Origin: Gracilinanus agilis
Taxonomy: Eukaryota
NCBI RefSeq assembly: GCF_016433145.1
Contig: NC_058133.1
Coordinates: 169,248,689-169,312,688 of the forward strand
DNA: 64,000 nt
Direction of reading: 5' to 3'
Of the stretch, positions 11,326-24,549 are shown piece after piece (within the stretch, counting starts at the first letter, position 1; every line of letters starts with the position of its first letter). The translations under genes and the position numbers were made by a program. The notes under the pieces are model-generated. The model had not been told where the DNA came from, did no database searches, and saw only the letters and a list, made by a program, of their open reading frames with translations.

Positions 11326-11861
11326 CTGCATGAACATAATTTCTAAACTGAGAATCAGTTCAGGTACAGTGTAAGCTTTTTGACAACAGGGAATGTTTCA
11401 TTTTTGTCTTTGTATCTCCAGTGTCCATCATGGTGCCTTATATATATAGCTAATAGTTAATGTTTAATGTTTGTTGATGGCATACTCAGGACATATGTCC
11501 ATATATATGAGTTCTTTTAGTCTACAATAAAAGCAGGTGAAAATATAACCTACAGTGAATTAGGGGAAGGAGCCATTTCTTTGAAGTCTAGATATCTTAG
11601 GAGCAAAAGTGTAACAAGGATTATTTCTACTTTTTTCAATTTCAATTAAAAAATTTTTTCCCATTGTTACATGATTCATGTTGTCTCCTTCCCCTCTTCC
11701 CTCCCCACTCCTGGAGTTGACAAGCAATTCCATTGGATTATACATATATTAAAGGATTATCCTTATTGAGAATGCTCTGACTTCAGTGGGATAGATATTC
11801 TCACACATGCACATACCATGACTGCATAAATAATTATATTTACAAAAATGACATATTTGGA

Positions 11862-12035
11862 GCTAGCTGGGTAGCTTAGCGGATAAAGAGCCAAGCCTAT
11901 AGATAGAAGGTCTCAGATACTTCTTATTTCTGTGGCCCTGGGCAAATCCCTTAATCTCAATTGCCTAGCTTTTATCATTCTTGGAACCAATACTTAGTAT
12001 TGATTCTAAGACAGGGAGAGGTAAGGGTTAAAAAT
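11862..12035 (+). mobile_element. SINE1-like element (internally deleted)
   Basis: agctgggtagcttagcggataaagagcc...ggaaccaatacttagtattgattctaagac...ggtaaggg plus A tail. Confidence 0.7.
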
Positions 12036-12539
12036 AAAAGATGTATTTGAGGTTCAATTTGTATACCATCCATATGTATATATACATATGGCCTTGTTTA
12101 ACTTTAACATCATCTTTTGTAGTTTAACGAGCAGGAATCTCTATTTGTACTTTTCTAGGGTTCCAGTCTTCTTGATTCAACATCTTTCTCTCACCCAAAT
12201 TCACTTGTTCCTTGCCTTTTCCTAGTGCCCAGTACCCCCCCCCCATTTAGCTCTGAGGTAATTTTGCCACCCAAATTCTTGAGACTTGTTATCTAGAAGC
12301 ACAGAATTCTAGAGCTAGAAGAAGTCTTCAAGATTATCAGGACAGTACCCTTATTTTATAAATGAAGAAGCATAGAGAAGTGACTTATTTAAGGTTACAT
12401 AGTAAGTGATATGTCCAGGATTTGAACCCAGATCTTCTGACTAGGAATCTAGTACCCTACTATCTATTTGTCTTTGCCCCTTTCTTTATCCAACTCCTAA
12501 ATATGTCTATCTCTTCATTCCATTAAACTGTTTTTTCAA

Positions 12540-13560
12540 TGCAGAATCACATAATTTCAGAGTTGAAAAGGACCTCAACAGTTATCTAATCCAGTTGATA
12601 TTGAAAAAGAATTACAAAATACCCAAAGTAATTATCTAGCCTCTGTGTGAAGGCCCTTTAAGGGGAACATACTGTCTCCCAAAATAGGGAGTTTACTGGA
12701 CTATTTCAAGCCTAAATATGCCTCTGCAATTTCCACTCAATCTTCATACTTCTGCCCATTGGGACCAAGAAGAACAAGTTTTATCCCTCTTTCACAAGAC
12801 AATCCTTCAAATACTTAAAGGCAACTATATCATGTCTCCCCTGAATCTTTTCTCCTCTAGGCTACATATCCACAATTGTTTCAACCAGTCCTTAAGATGG
12901 CCCAAACCAGACTCTTCACCATTTTGCTGGTCCCCTGTTCTATCAATGTCCTTCCAGATAAGTAGAAGCCAGACCTCTTCATTCAATTGTAAGCTCCTTG
13001 AGGGCAGTCTGACCTTTACCTTTCTTTGTATCTCCAGAGCTTAGCTCAGTACCTAACAAAGCCTGAAGATGCTTAATAAATATTTATTGACAGTACTTCT
13101 GATGTGGTTTGACTCAGGCAGATTACAGCACTACTATCATCTCCTTTCTTGGAAGCTTTGCCCTTCTTAATGCAGCCCAAAATAGCATTAGCTTTTTTGG
13201 CTACATATCACACTGTTGATTCATATTGAGCCTGCAATCCATTTAAACCCCCCTGATCTTTTCCAAACTGCTGGCTAATCATACCTCCCCCAACTTGTAC
13301 TTGTGAAGTCAATTTTCTGAACCCAAGAGCAAGGTTTACAGTTACCCCACTACGATTTCAACTTCTTAGATGTGGCCCAGCTCTTTAGCCTGAGAATTTC
13401 TTGTACTCTGTCATCTAGTATGGTAGCTATCCCTCCTCCTAGTTTTATTGGGGAAGACATAAATGTCACCTGCCAATTTGTTATGTAATCTCTGCCTTTA
13501 TCTAAGTCATTGATAAAAAATGTTAACTAGAACAAGTAGAACAAGGCCGAGCACAAACAC
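12540..13560. mobile_element. Decayed LINE (L3/CR1-like) region with an embedded L2-type end
   Basis: agaatcacataatttcagagttgaaaaggacctc..., ttcttaatgcagcccaaaatagcattagctttttt and gcttaataaatatttattga resemble recalled CR1/L2 fossils. Boundaries are uncertain. Confidence 0.35.
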
Positions 13561-16000
13561 CTAGGAAATGCTATTGGAGGACTCCTTCCAAAATCTTATC
13601 AAACCCTTAAGACTATTTGGGGGAAGAGGGGTCTGTCCAGTCAATGAGTTGTGAATTCATTTTGTCTCATCATAATTGTCTTATCATTTGTATTTCTCTA
13701 GCACTCTGTTTATCTTCCAACCCCTCAATCTCTCCCAAGTCTGATTCTTCTCTTTCCCCTCCTTTGTTTTCCCTTCATGTACTATTCTTCATGGCCAATC
13801 CTCATTCCTAATAATAGATCATCCTCCTATTTCTGACTTATGTCTCCCTCTATTATCTGTAATCTGTCTACCCCTGCTCCCTGCCAAGACATCTGTTTTC
13901 TTCTCTATTTCTCTGACTTGGTTTCCCCTAGCCACATCTACCCTTTTGCTTATTATAATCTCTGACCTTGGACTCCTCCTGCCTCAGGGCTTGTCACTGC
14001 CTGACTGGCTCTGCTATTGGCAGGCCTGTCCCCCACTGAGCCTGTTTTCTCAACCCCTCTGTCTGCTCCCATTACATCAGCAGAATCATTCACTCTTAAC
14101 TCTTCCTTTATGATACTGGTGTCATGTATATTGGGCTCCCCTGGGGTCAGAAGGACTGTCTCCATCATTTGTGGGGCAGGCACAAAAATAGTCCAGAGAG
14201 GAGAGCTAATGAGATTTGATGTCATGGTCACGTCCCTCTCCTTTATCTCCAGGGACCTGTCTCTTCTTCTACCTCAATATTCCCAACCTCTGCTTCTTGT
14301 GGTGCCCTCTCTTCAGTCCTTGACTCCCTCAAATATTCCTGTTTCCTCTCTTTAAATATCTTTCTCTATTTCTTCTAGCTTTCGGATCATCTTTCTCCAT
14401 CCCCCACACAACCAAGTTAAGTCAACCTCAGGAGCATGGACTCTGTATGGTCTCTATTCCCCAGAAGCAGCAATTTGGTATCAGTTTGGGCAAAGTTGGT
14501 GAAGTAAGCAAGAGTACACTTGGTGATGTGGGGGAAGGCAGGGTTGACAGGTAAAGAGAGCAAAGATGATACCAGTAATTACAAAGGTCTAATCACAAGA
14601 ACTCTGTTGAGATCTGGATGCATAAGCTGATTTTTTTCTCTAGAGGACATGAACCACAAGGTTGACAGGAATTGACAGGCAACAAAGGACAAATCATTGA
14701 TCCAGCCCAAGGACAGAGTGTTATTGAGAGGCTGGGGGTGTTGGGGGAAATCTATACTAGTGGGAATAGGGACACATGGGGCAGGCCTGCCTGAGGGCTG
14801 AAGCCACATCCCCAAGTTCCCCCACCCCTAGAACCTTTCAATAGTTATAATCCTGAGCTTTGGTCACAGCTTCCAGAAGCATCTGTCCTTTGCTTCAATG
14901 AGATTCTATTTCTCTCCAATCCAGTCAACCCCTATTTGAGACCAGCTGAATCAGTGGTAAACTGGGGTCTCTACAGAAGAGCTGCCAAAGAGGAGAAGCA
15001 TGGATCTTTGCAAGGAAGGATTTGTGGGGAGAAGCAGTCCAGACTCTTGGATTTCCTACAAGGGTAAAGTCCCAAAGAAGGAGAGGATGGATCCTAGCCC
15101 TTTTTATCAACCAAAACTGGCTCTTTCTGTTCAGGCTGATTCAGTATGGGAAGCCATAAGTCATCCATGGGCTGGGACTCCTTTGATCCCACTCCACAAG
15201 GAATCCTGAGGCTGAGATCACTAAACCTGGGGCAGGTGAGGGGGGAATTATGGATTAGACATTTTAAAAAGATTGGGTCACTTTTGTTTTAGGTGCCTGG
15301 GGAACAAATGGGATAAAAGTGGCTTGCATAAATGGCACAAAGAGGGAAAGAGATGAAAAAATGGGGCAAGATGGGGAAAGGAGTTAAGCATTGCCTAGAA
15401 GGTTTGTCTGTACTACCTAGGGCATGAGGCCAGGCAAGCAGAAATCAATGGAATTGGTCAGGTACTTGTGGAATTGACCTCAACAGCCTTATAGGTATAA
15501 AAGTGGAAGGTTCTATTAGGGAATAGCTACTTGAACTTGTGTTCAACTGTGGAGGCAAAGCAAGGTTTACCAAAGACTAGGGATGCCCAAGGGGTTTAAA
15601 GTCGGGGGGGAGAAGATCCAAGGTGATAAATTGTTGACATTGCTGATCTATCACGTATCTTGGAAAGTAAGAGGCTCTCTGGCCCAAGTTGCTAGGAGTA
15701 GCACATGGATGTGGAGCCTGTCCAGGCATATTTTCCTAGTCAATTTAACCAGCCATTGTGAAAGTCAAGGGCATTGGGAGGACAGAGGCACAGATGGGGA
15801 AGGTACTGAGGGAAAATGAATAGGAGGTGGGAGAAATGAGAAAAGCACAGGGTCTAGTAGCGATCTATAACCCATTCTCTCATTGGCCATGTTTGGACTC
15901 TTTAATTTTTCATCTTTGACTACTCCCTGTAGGCAGAAATGAAGAGGGATACCAGGAGCCTTCTCTTTTTTTTTTTGATAGCTTTGTTTCTTAGGCTCCC

Positions 16001-16078
16001 TACTTCTGTGTGATATGTTTGATATTAGGTTGTTTGATTGGGAATCAACTAAATGTCAAACATATTCTTACAGCGGTT
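16001..16078 (+). ncRNA. MIR190B: microRNA mir-190b precursor hairpin
   Basis: 5p arm TGATATGTTTGATATTAGGTTG (16011-16032) pairs with 3p arm ACTAAATGTCAAACATATTCT (16048-16068). Apical UGU present, downstream CNNC (cagc 16087-16090). Syntenic position upstream of TPM3. Confidence 0.95.
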
Positions 16079-16494
16079 GGGTAATTCAGCACCACTAAGA
16101 TCTCATCTTTTCTCCCATTCCCTCTTCCTCCTCCCCCAACCAGTTCTTTAGAAAACCAGCAGCTATAGATAAAGGAACTTTGACAGGATCCAATGGGGGG
16201 GGGGCAGAGTTATGAAAGCTGAAACTTAGGGATCTAGCCTTCCTGTAAACTGAACCTTATGCTAGAAAAGACTTTTCCTCGTCCTCTCATCTCTGATTTT
16301 TCTTCTTCTTCATCTCCCCTGTCTTCATCCTTTCCCCAATCCTTATTCAGATCCTTCCTCAACACCCATTATTTCCTGGTTTTGAATTTTCCTATTCTTC
16401 ATTCCCAGACTTGCCATTGTTAACATTTTTACTTGACACCCCATAAGCTGGATTCCTTGGTACCTTCTCTCTGAATCAGGTGGTATTTTAGAGA

Positions 16495-16730
16495 TGCAGT
16501 GAATAGAGTGCAGGGCAGGAAGACCCGAGCTCAAAACCCTCTTCAGACACTTATTGGATGTGTGATCCTGGGCAAGACGTTTAACCTCTGTCTAATTCAG
16601 TTCCCTTAGCTGTAAAATTGGGATAATAACAGCACCTACTTTGTAGGATTATTATTGTAAGAATCAAATGAAATTATATTTATAAAGTGTTTGGCACATA
16701 AGAGGAATTATATAAATGCTTTTTGCCTTC
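16495..16730 (+). mobile_element. MIR-type core SINE
   Basis: gtgtgatcctgggcaagacgtttaacctct...ctgtaaaattgggataataacagcacctac...gaatcaaatgaaatta. Confidence 0.7.
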
Positions 16731-17928
16731 CCAACTTTTTAAATCTGCCTTCTTTGGATGACTAAAAACTCCCAGGGATGGCTATCACATCTGCCTTATC
16801 TCCCTAACCCTAAATCCCATACCCTCTATGCTGCCAAGCTGGAAAGAAATATCTGATTACTGCACCAAATTTCACCCATTATAAAATTTAAGTCATATGT
16901 CAGGCCACATACTATTCACCCTTCTCCCTACCACTAGCTCTGATGTCTCTGAGCAGTGCCCACCTCCCTTTCTGGTGCACACATTGGTGCCAGAGCTCTG
17001 GGGTCATCAGCCACCTGTCAGTAACCAAGCCCCGAGTTAATCCAGGGAGGGAGGGAAGAATGATGAGGATTGGAGGAAGGGGAAAGAAGGTAAGCAACAG
17101 GGAGACAACAACCTTGAGCATTGTACTTTGGAGGGTGGCAAGAACTCTATTTAAAGATCCAAAACCACATGTGGAAAATTGAAACTTGGATCTTTCTCTC
17201 AGCTTCTCTACCACCTACCCCTCACAAATCTCCCTTATTCAGTCACCTTAGAATGGCCTCCCAGGTCTAACTCTGATTCTTCTACCCAGAAGCCCCCCTT
17301 TTACTTAATCCTTATAGTCTGAGGAAGGAAAAGTATAGTTTGGATCCCTCTTTAATAACTAGAAATGCCTAAAATAGCCCAACAATTTTGTGATGAGGAG
17401 GAATCATCAGTGATCTTCCCCTCTTCCATTCCCCAAACTCATTAGATCCAAAAATAAAAGGACAATAATCACTTAGTGGGATCTGACTAGTATAAAGTTC
17501 AGATTAAGTCAAATGGTAGAAGGGGAAAGCAGATCCCTAATAACATGTCAAAAACTAGGACCTTCTAGGTCCCTGAAATCTATGTCTTTCTCTCTCTTTC
17601 AGAGCATTCTACTTTTTTCTTAACCCTTATTAGGTTTCCCAACTGAAAGAGTACGAAAAAAAATTCATGTTGATAGAAGTATCCCTCCCCCACTTTCTAT
17701 TGTCTAAATCTAGCCTTCAGCTGTTTCCAAATTTCTCTAAGTGATGTCAGTTCATCAGTGTCTTCCTCCCCATAGGAGGTCAATTTTAGGGATGTGGGGG
17801 ATTGAACAGGGCCATATTGGGATGGAGGGGTGGAGCTAGAGTCCTCAAGATAAAAGCTCAGTTCTAGGGATGGCCAGTAACACAGGCAGAAGCCCCTCAA
17901 CACTTGTTCCAGTCCCTACCACTCATAA

Positions 17929-18075
<147 letters not shown>

Positions 18076-18604
18076 TAATATCTACATGGGGCTGAGGGAG
18101 GGCTCTAGGGAGAAAGTGAATAAGAAAGGAAAGTAACAGGCAGAAAGGACAAATGACTTTCAGGGAGAAACAGTCCTATTGGGGGCAATACTGGCCAGTT
18201 CCCAAAAGAAGGATATCTGTGTAGTTTGCTTTGTCTGCCTATGACCTTGAACTAGATAAACCAGTCACTGAAACTTTCTGAGCCTCTGTTTATCCATTAA
18301 TAATAATAATGAGAATAGTGGTACAATAGTAGCAATTATGTAGTGCCTCCTATGTGTCAGGTACTATCACTTTCCTAAAGAATTCATCTGACCCTGGAGA
18401 CTGGGATAGAATACAGTACCTCAATGCCCTGTGAATACCTGGGCTTCTTTAGCCATCAAGTCTCTGAAATAAAAAACTCAGGGGAGATTAAACATCTCAG
18501 GTATTGGGCTATAGGAGGCCCTATGGGAAGGACAAAGAACGGGGAACTAATTGATGGAGGCATTTCCCTGAGGCTGCTAAGACAGAGGTTGGACAAGGAT
18601 CTAG

Positions 18605-18805
<201 letters not shown>

Positions 18806-21067
18806 TAGATTGGGCAGGGGGTGGGAATAGGACTTGCACAAACATACATGATCAACTATATTATGTACTGAAACCTACAACCTATGAAAACTTGTGAGCA
18901 CACTAAATATAAATAGTATTTTTGTGTTCACAAATTCTCAAAAATACTCACAAATTCATACTTAAAAACATACTTGTGAACTCACATATGAGTAAAACCA
19001 TGTAATGAGTTACATAGGCATATATTTTCTTTCTCACAGTGCTACCTTGGTCAAGACTTTTCCATTTTATTGTCTGTTCATCAACCCATCTATTTTCTTA
19101 GCCCTCCTCTAGAGTAGGTAACAGATTGTTACAGAACTTCCAAGCCCTAATTGGGCTTCACCTTTTTCTACCTCAGGACTGCCTTTATATTCTACTTGAT
19201 CTTATTTTCTTTCTAGGATAAGGTGCCTATCTCTTGGACCATCCAGTTCCATTAGTTGATCCTCATACCTTCCAGGAGGCCACTCCCTCCCCCACAAAGG
19301 AAGGGTTCTGTAGAGGGAGGGAACTCAAAACCCATCTGACATGACTCATTTCACCACCTTCTGTCCTCATACCCTAAGCTCCTGGCTTTTGTGATGAGGG
19401 TCTGGCATGCAGATGTGTATTAATAGGACATTTCTCATCTTCCTACCAACTAAACCCAGCTTGGGTTTCACACTGGAACAAAGAAATAGGTCATATTACC
19501 CCTGTCCGGCATAGGCTTATTATACCCTGGACAATTAGGGCATCTGTGCTTATGTCACTAAGATGCCACTGGGGGCAGTACCTAGAAGAAACACGGGTAA
19601 TATCCAAAGAAAATAATATAGCAGGGACCAAGGGAGAAATCTAGGTAGGACACAAAAGTAACATACAAGTGTTACTTCAGTGATCCTGCTATATAACCTC
19701 TAGCAAAATACTAAATTTCTCCAAACCTGTTTAATCTTTTCCCTCTTGACATTATCTGACAACCAACTGGTTTCCTCCAATCCCCCATTTCTAAGGTTAT
19801 TCTCACCACAAATGAGAAAAGTCTTTTGAGGCCAATAGATGGGGAAGCCATTTGAAGCCTTTGCAAGAAAAGCAGGATAAGAAATGTATTCAAGTTCCTC
19901 AGTTTGAATGAGATATGCCGTCAATTTTCAATCATCCATATTCTTTTTGTGATGGATTGGTCTAGATAACCACCGATGTCCTATCCAACTCTCAAATTCT
20001 GTGATTCTGTAATACCAAAAGATAGAAGGTACATGGATAATGTTTTGTTTTGTTTAAAAAAGGATAATGTCCAAATCATATCTATTTGGCTTTGAAGTGT
20101 AACTAAAAGTAGTCTTACTCTAATTCAAATACTTCAAACATTCACCTCCTCTTTAGAGTTGGTTCTAATCCCTCTCTTCTCTTTTTCACATTATCAAACA
20201 TTCTATGATTAAGGGGAAAATTGGACCAGAGGAAAAATACAGAGTAGACCAACCACTGGGAGTATTGACATTGCAAAGTATGTATAATCTGGAGTTTCCT
20301 AGAATTTTATCATCTAATTGATGATATCTAGATGGTAAACCCTTCAAAGAAAAAAACTGCACAGAATTATAGAAACTAAGACTTGGAGTGGAGCGTGGTA
20401 GGTATCATATCCAACCCATATTTGAAAAGAATCCACGCTCCAGAGCATGCCTCTAAGGCCTCCAAGGAGAAAGGTCACTACCTCTCAAGATAGTCCATTC
20501 TACTTTGGAACAGTTCTAAATGTCAGAAAATGTTTTTCCTGTAATCAAGCCTAAACTCACCTCCAAAAGGAATACAACTCCAGGATACAGGCCACAGAGC
20601 AGTTAGTTTCTAAGAGCTGGGGCCACTTCTATTCACTCCCTTTTTAAAAAGATTAAAAAACTAATGACTATGTTATAATGACTCTCTGGGCAAACCATCA
20701 ATTTTTCTTGCATGCTGTTCTATCTTGGGCAATTCTGGGGAAATTTTGATCAGGTTTCTACAGACCTTGTATGTAGAAAGGAAGGGATTAGGGATTGATG
20801 AGTTATTAACAGGTTAGTAAGGTTTTGGGGACCACAGAAAACCAAATCTTTTCAGGTAATAACTATTATGGAAGAAATCTGGTCTTTTAGAGATTCATAG
20901 CAGGAATAGCAGGCTTGGTGGCAAGGTTATTAGGATTGTATATTTTGGGAAGAGTAAATACATGTAATCTGAGATTTGCAGAGTGGGGCACAGATATTCA
21001 AGCTATTAGTCTTACAAAGGGAAGTTAGGAACATTTCTAAGAAATGAATTGTTCTCCATTAGGTTTT

Positions 21068-21100
21068 ATATATATATATATATATATATACATATACATA
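21068..21100. repeat. (TA)n microsatellite (others at about 10273-10300 and 60317-60350)
   Basis: Direct inspection. Confidence 0.9.
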
Positions 21101-24100
21101 AACTGCAACCCACTGGCCTATAAGGTATTATCATCATCAGAACTCATTTCATATAGCTCTTTAAAGTTTATAAAGCACTCTATACAGTCTCATGAGTCTC
21201 ATCACCACCTCACAAATAAACCTCTCTATATTGATCCAACTAATGAAAAGTTATATAAATAATAATTCCTGGTTCTATAATGTAATAACTCCATTCTACA
21301 TTACAGTATTTGTTGACCCTTGTAGGATTTAAAATAAAGTCATTCTTGACTTGAGTAATTAATTTTGGTGACCACATTTCTCATAATTTTAGTCCAACCT
21401 TTAATTTTTAACCCTTATACCCTTATAACAACTCTGTGGAGTAGGAAAAGCATTTTCTTCATTTTAGACACTAGAAAACTAAGACTTAGAGAAGTTTAAT
21501 TGCTAGATTAAGGTGACCGAACCATTGAATGGAAGCTAGAACTCCCAGTTTTAAGGTTAATATTCTTTCTGCTATAATACATAGCCTCTCTCTGTGATCA
21601 AGTCGAACATGACTGAATTGTAATCCAGACATACCTTAGCCTCTATCTCTTCCCAACAAGCATTCTTAGAGATAAGGACCTAAGAAACAGGAGAGGAAGG
21701 ATCACAGATTTGGAACTGTAAGAGACCTTACAGATGATCAAGTCCAATCTTCTCATTTTACAGATAAAAGAAACTGAAAGCCAGAAAGGTCAAGTGAAAG
21801 AGAAGTAGGTTAGATGCAAAATAGGAGAGTCTACAATTGGCCTGCACCTAAGGGAAAAGGCATCTTGCAACCTAAGGAGTGAGAGGGAGGTGGAGAAGAG
21901 GTTTGGCTTTTGTGATGATAAAGAGTTATTGGTAATGGGGAGAGGTGAGAGAGATTGAGTAAGAGGAAATAGGTTGTGTGGTCAAATCTTCATGGCAGGC
22001 AGCATAGCCCAGTGGAAAAATTGTTGAACTTTGAATTCCAGCACTTGAGAATTTGATCCCAGATTGGGCCCTATGTGACTTTGGTCATTTAACTTTTCTA
22101 GGCCTGAGTTTTGTCATCTGTAAAATGAAGGTGATCTTCTAAGGTCCTTTTCAGTTCTAGATCTGTGATCCTATGACTTAACATCATCAATATAATCTTT
22201 TTTTCTGAGTTTTTTGGGAGAAGTGTATTAGATCCTATACAAAGGAATTTAGAACTTAATCCCTGCTCTCTAGGGAATTACATAAAGACCAGAGAAAAAA
22301 TGAATAGGCAAAGATCAAAGAATATGGTTTAACAATAATGAAAATGGCTAGGTCTGATCAGAAGGCAAAGAGTTGTTGAGATAGAAGTTGTGATAGGGAA
22401 AGTGAGGGAAGCAGGAAACTTTTATAGGAATAGTATGTTTAAATAATATCGGGTTTTAGTTATACTGGAAAGCCTTGCTGGGGAAAGTGGGATTTTTCAG
22501 GCACTCTTTTGACAAAGAGTAGAGGTTTGGAAAAATCAGTATCAAACTTTATATGTTGACTAGGCTCTTTGTATTCAAGATAGAAACAGTAGTTTTTTAG
22601 TGAAAATGTGTAAAAAGGGAACATGGTTTAGGACAAAATGTTATAGCACTGTCCTTTTAGGGAGTAAAGAATAAGGAGGGAAAATTGAGGGACTGGGAGA
22701 GATTCTGGGCCAATACTAGTATCTGCCAATGTACTACTATTGGTCTCCAGGAAAACAATAGCACATGACTCTCTTGCTTCCCAACCATCATAATTTTAAG
22801 GGCTTTAAGGAGCCAATTCACCTGTTCTTCAGAATTATGTGGAGATTATCTGTTCAAATATACCAACCTAAAGAATGTAGTGGTCCTAAAGAGATATCAG
22901 AGACATCTCAACTCACCCCTAGTTTGTGCATGATGGGAAAGGTTTTTTGGATTTGTCTTGGCCTTGGGAAGAGAGGTTTTTAAAAAATAGCATAATAGTG
23001 CCCCCTGCTGACTGTCACTCAATTTATAAATAATTACAAATGTAGCATAACCAAAAAATACATACAAAATAAGAAATTTACTCATAAACCATAAAACAAA
23101 TTGAAGCTTTCATCCACAAACCAAAAATGATGTAAAATTCTTTCATTATCTGCTTCCAAGGATGCAGTGGGCCAAGGACACAAGTGATATAGAACAGACA
23201 ATTCCCAGGACTAGTTAGGATTTCCTGTAATTCAGATCACTACTGAATCTGTTGCTCTATCTCTGCCTTGGAAGAAATATAAAAGGACAGGCTACCACTT
23301 AGGAGGCTGGGCAAATATCCAACTGTCTTCTGGAAAAGTTCCACTTGCAGGAAAGGCCTCTTGAGAAATCTTTATTGTGACACACCAAGAACTTGGTACT
23401 TGAAGAAACAGGTATGTATCATGTCTTCTGCCATCCTCAGTGAGTAGGACTTCTACATTCTCTGTATTTGTTCCACTTTAACTTACTAAGACAAGCAAAG
23501 GTCCAAAAACCTTACTGCTTCTGAGTGAGAATTTTGAACTGTTAGTAAGTAGGAAAAGAAAAACAGAAAGAGGGGACAATTTAGCTAGTCTTCCTTCAGT
23601 TTCTTAGAACTATCTAGGATGTTTAACTAGAATTAGATAGTGCCTATGAAAGGGCTCTCATGTGGACCAAAACTAAAAGGCTAGTTTGAAGTTCAGGCTA
23701 GATTTTTTTTTTTTGGCTTAAAATATCCTTTTATTGGTAGGTCTTTGAACACCCAAAATGGCAAGAAAACAAAGCTAAGGCAACTAAAGAATAATCACTA
23801 TCTCATGTCATCAAAAGGGGGAGCTCATAAAATTTCCCTGATTCTTGTTTTTCTTTGCTCTAGTGTCTTTCAGAATCCTACCACAGGTGGCCATGTGAGT
23901 CTGTTTCAATCTTTTAAACATGTCTACCAATGTAACTGGAAACTAAGGTAGTAGTGAAGTTGTTAGTGAATGTGGTACTTAATGCAGTGGGAGTTACTGA
24001 AATACAGAAACCACCCCCTTGATTAGTTAGGCTCAACCTCCAGGAAAAGTTGTTTGTCCATTCATGCCATCCCCGGGTCCTTCGGAAAGCCACAGCATGT

Positions 24101-24549
24101 GTAGGGCTCCCCTCTGAAAGCAGTGAGGAACCTTCCTCTTCTTCCAGGACAGGGAGAGCGGGAACGGGTAGGGTGGCGGGCAGGCCAGTCTATGGGAACA
24201 ACTCCTATTTTCTCACACACCCCACCCCCACACCCCTGTGCTCTATGTAGAGACATGAACGTTAACAATAACATTAACAATAAGGACAAATATCCGGAGT
24301 AAGTAACCCCGCTTCCAATCTGTATCTTTATAAGTGGTTCGGAGAAGGTGATAACATTTCTATGGCACTTTAGGGTTTACAAAGCGCTTCTCACACACGT
24401 AAGCAAGTTCTCCTTTGCTGATCCGATCATCTCTCGGGATACCTGAGGCTTCGGGGGCTCTCCCTCGTGGCAGTTTGGTTCCTCCCGGCCTGAGCTGCCC
24501 CATGGTCGGTCAGCTGCTGCCCAGGACCATGGCAGGGGAAGGGGAAGGG

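Noticed and set aside
13953-14355. Overlapping 112-aa (+) and 92-aa (-) ORFs between CFAP141 and TPM3
   Set aside because: Non-ATG or weak starts, S/P/L-rich composition, no recognisable domain and no coherent exon chain; no gene is expected here by synteny.
17147-17156. MEF2-like CTATTTAAAG upstream of TPM3 exon 1a
   Set aside because: Mismatch to YTA(W)4TAR; not distinguishable from chance without conservation data.
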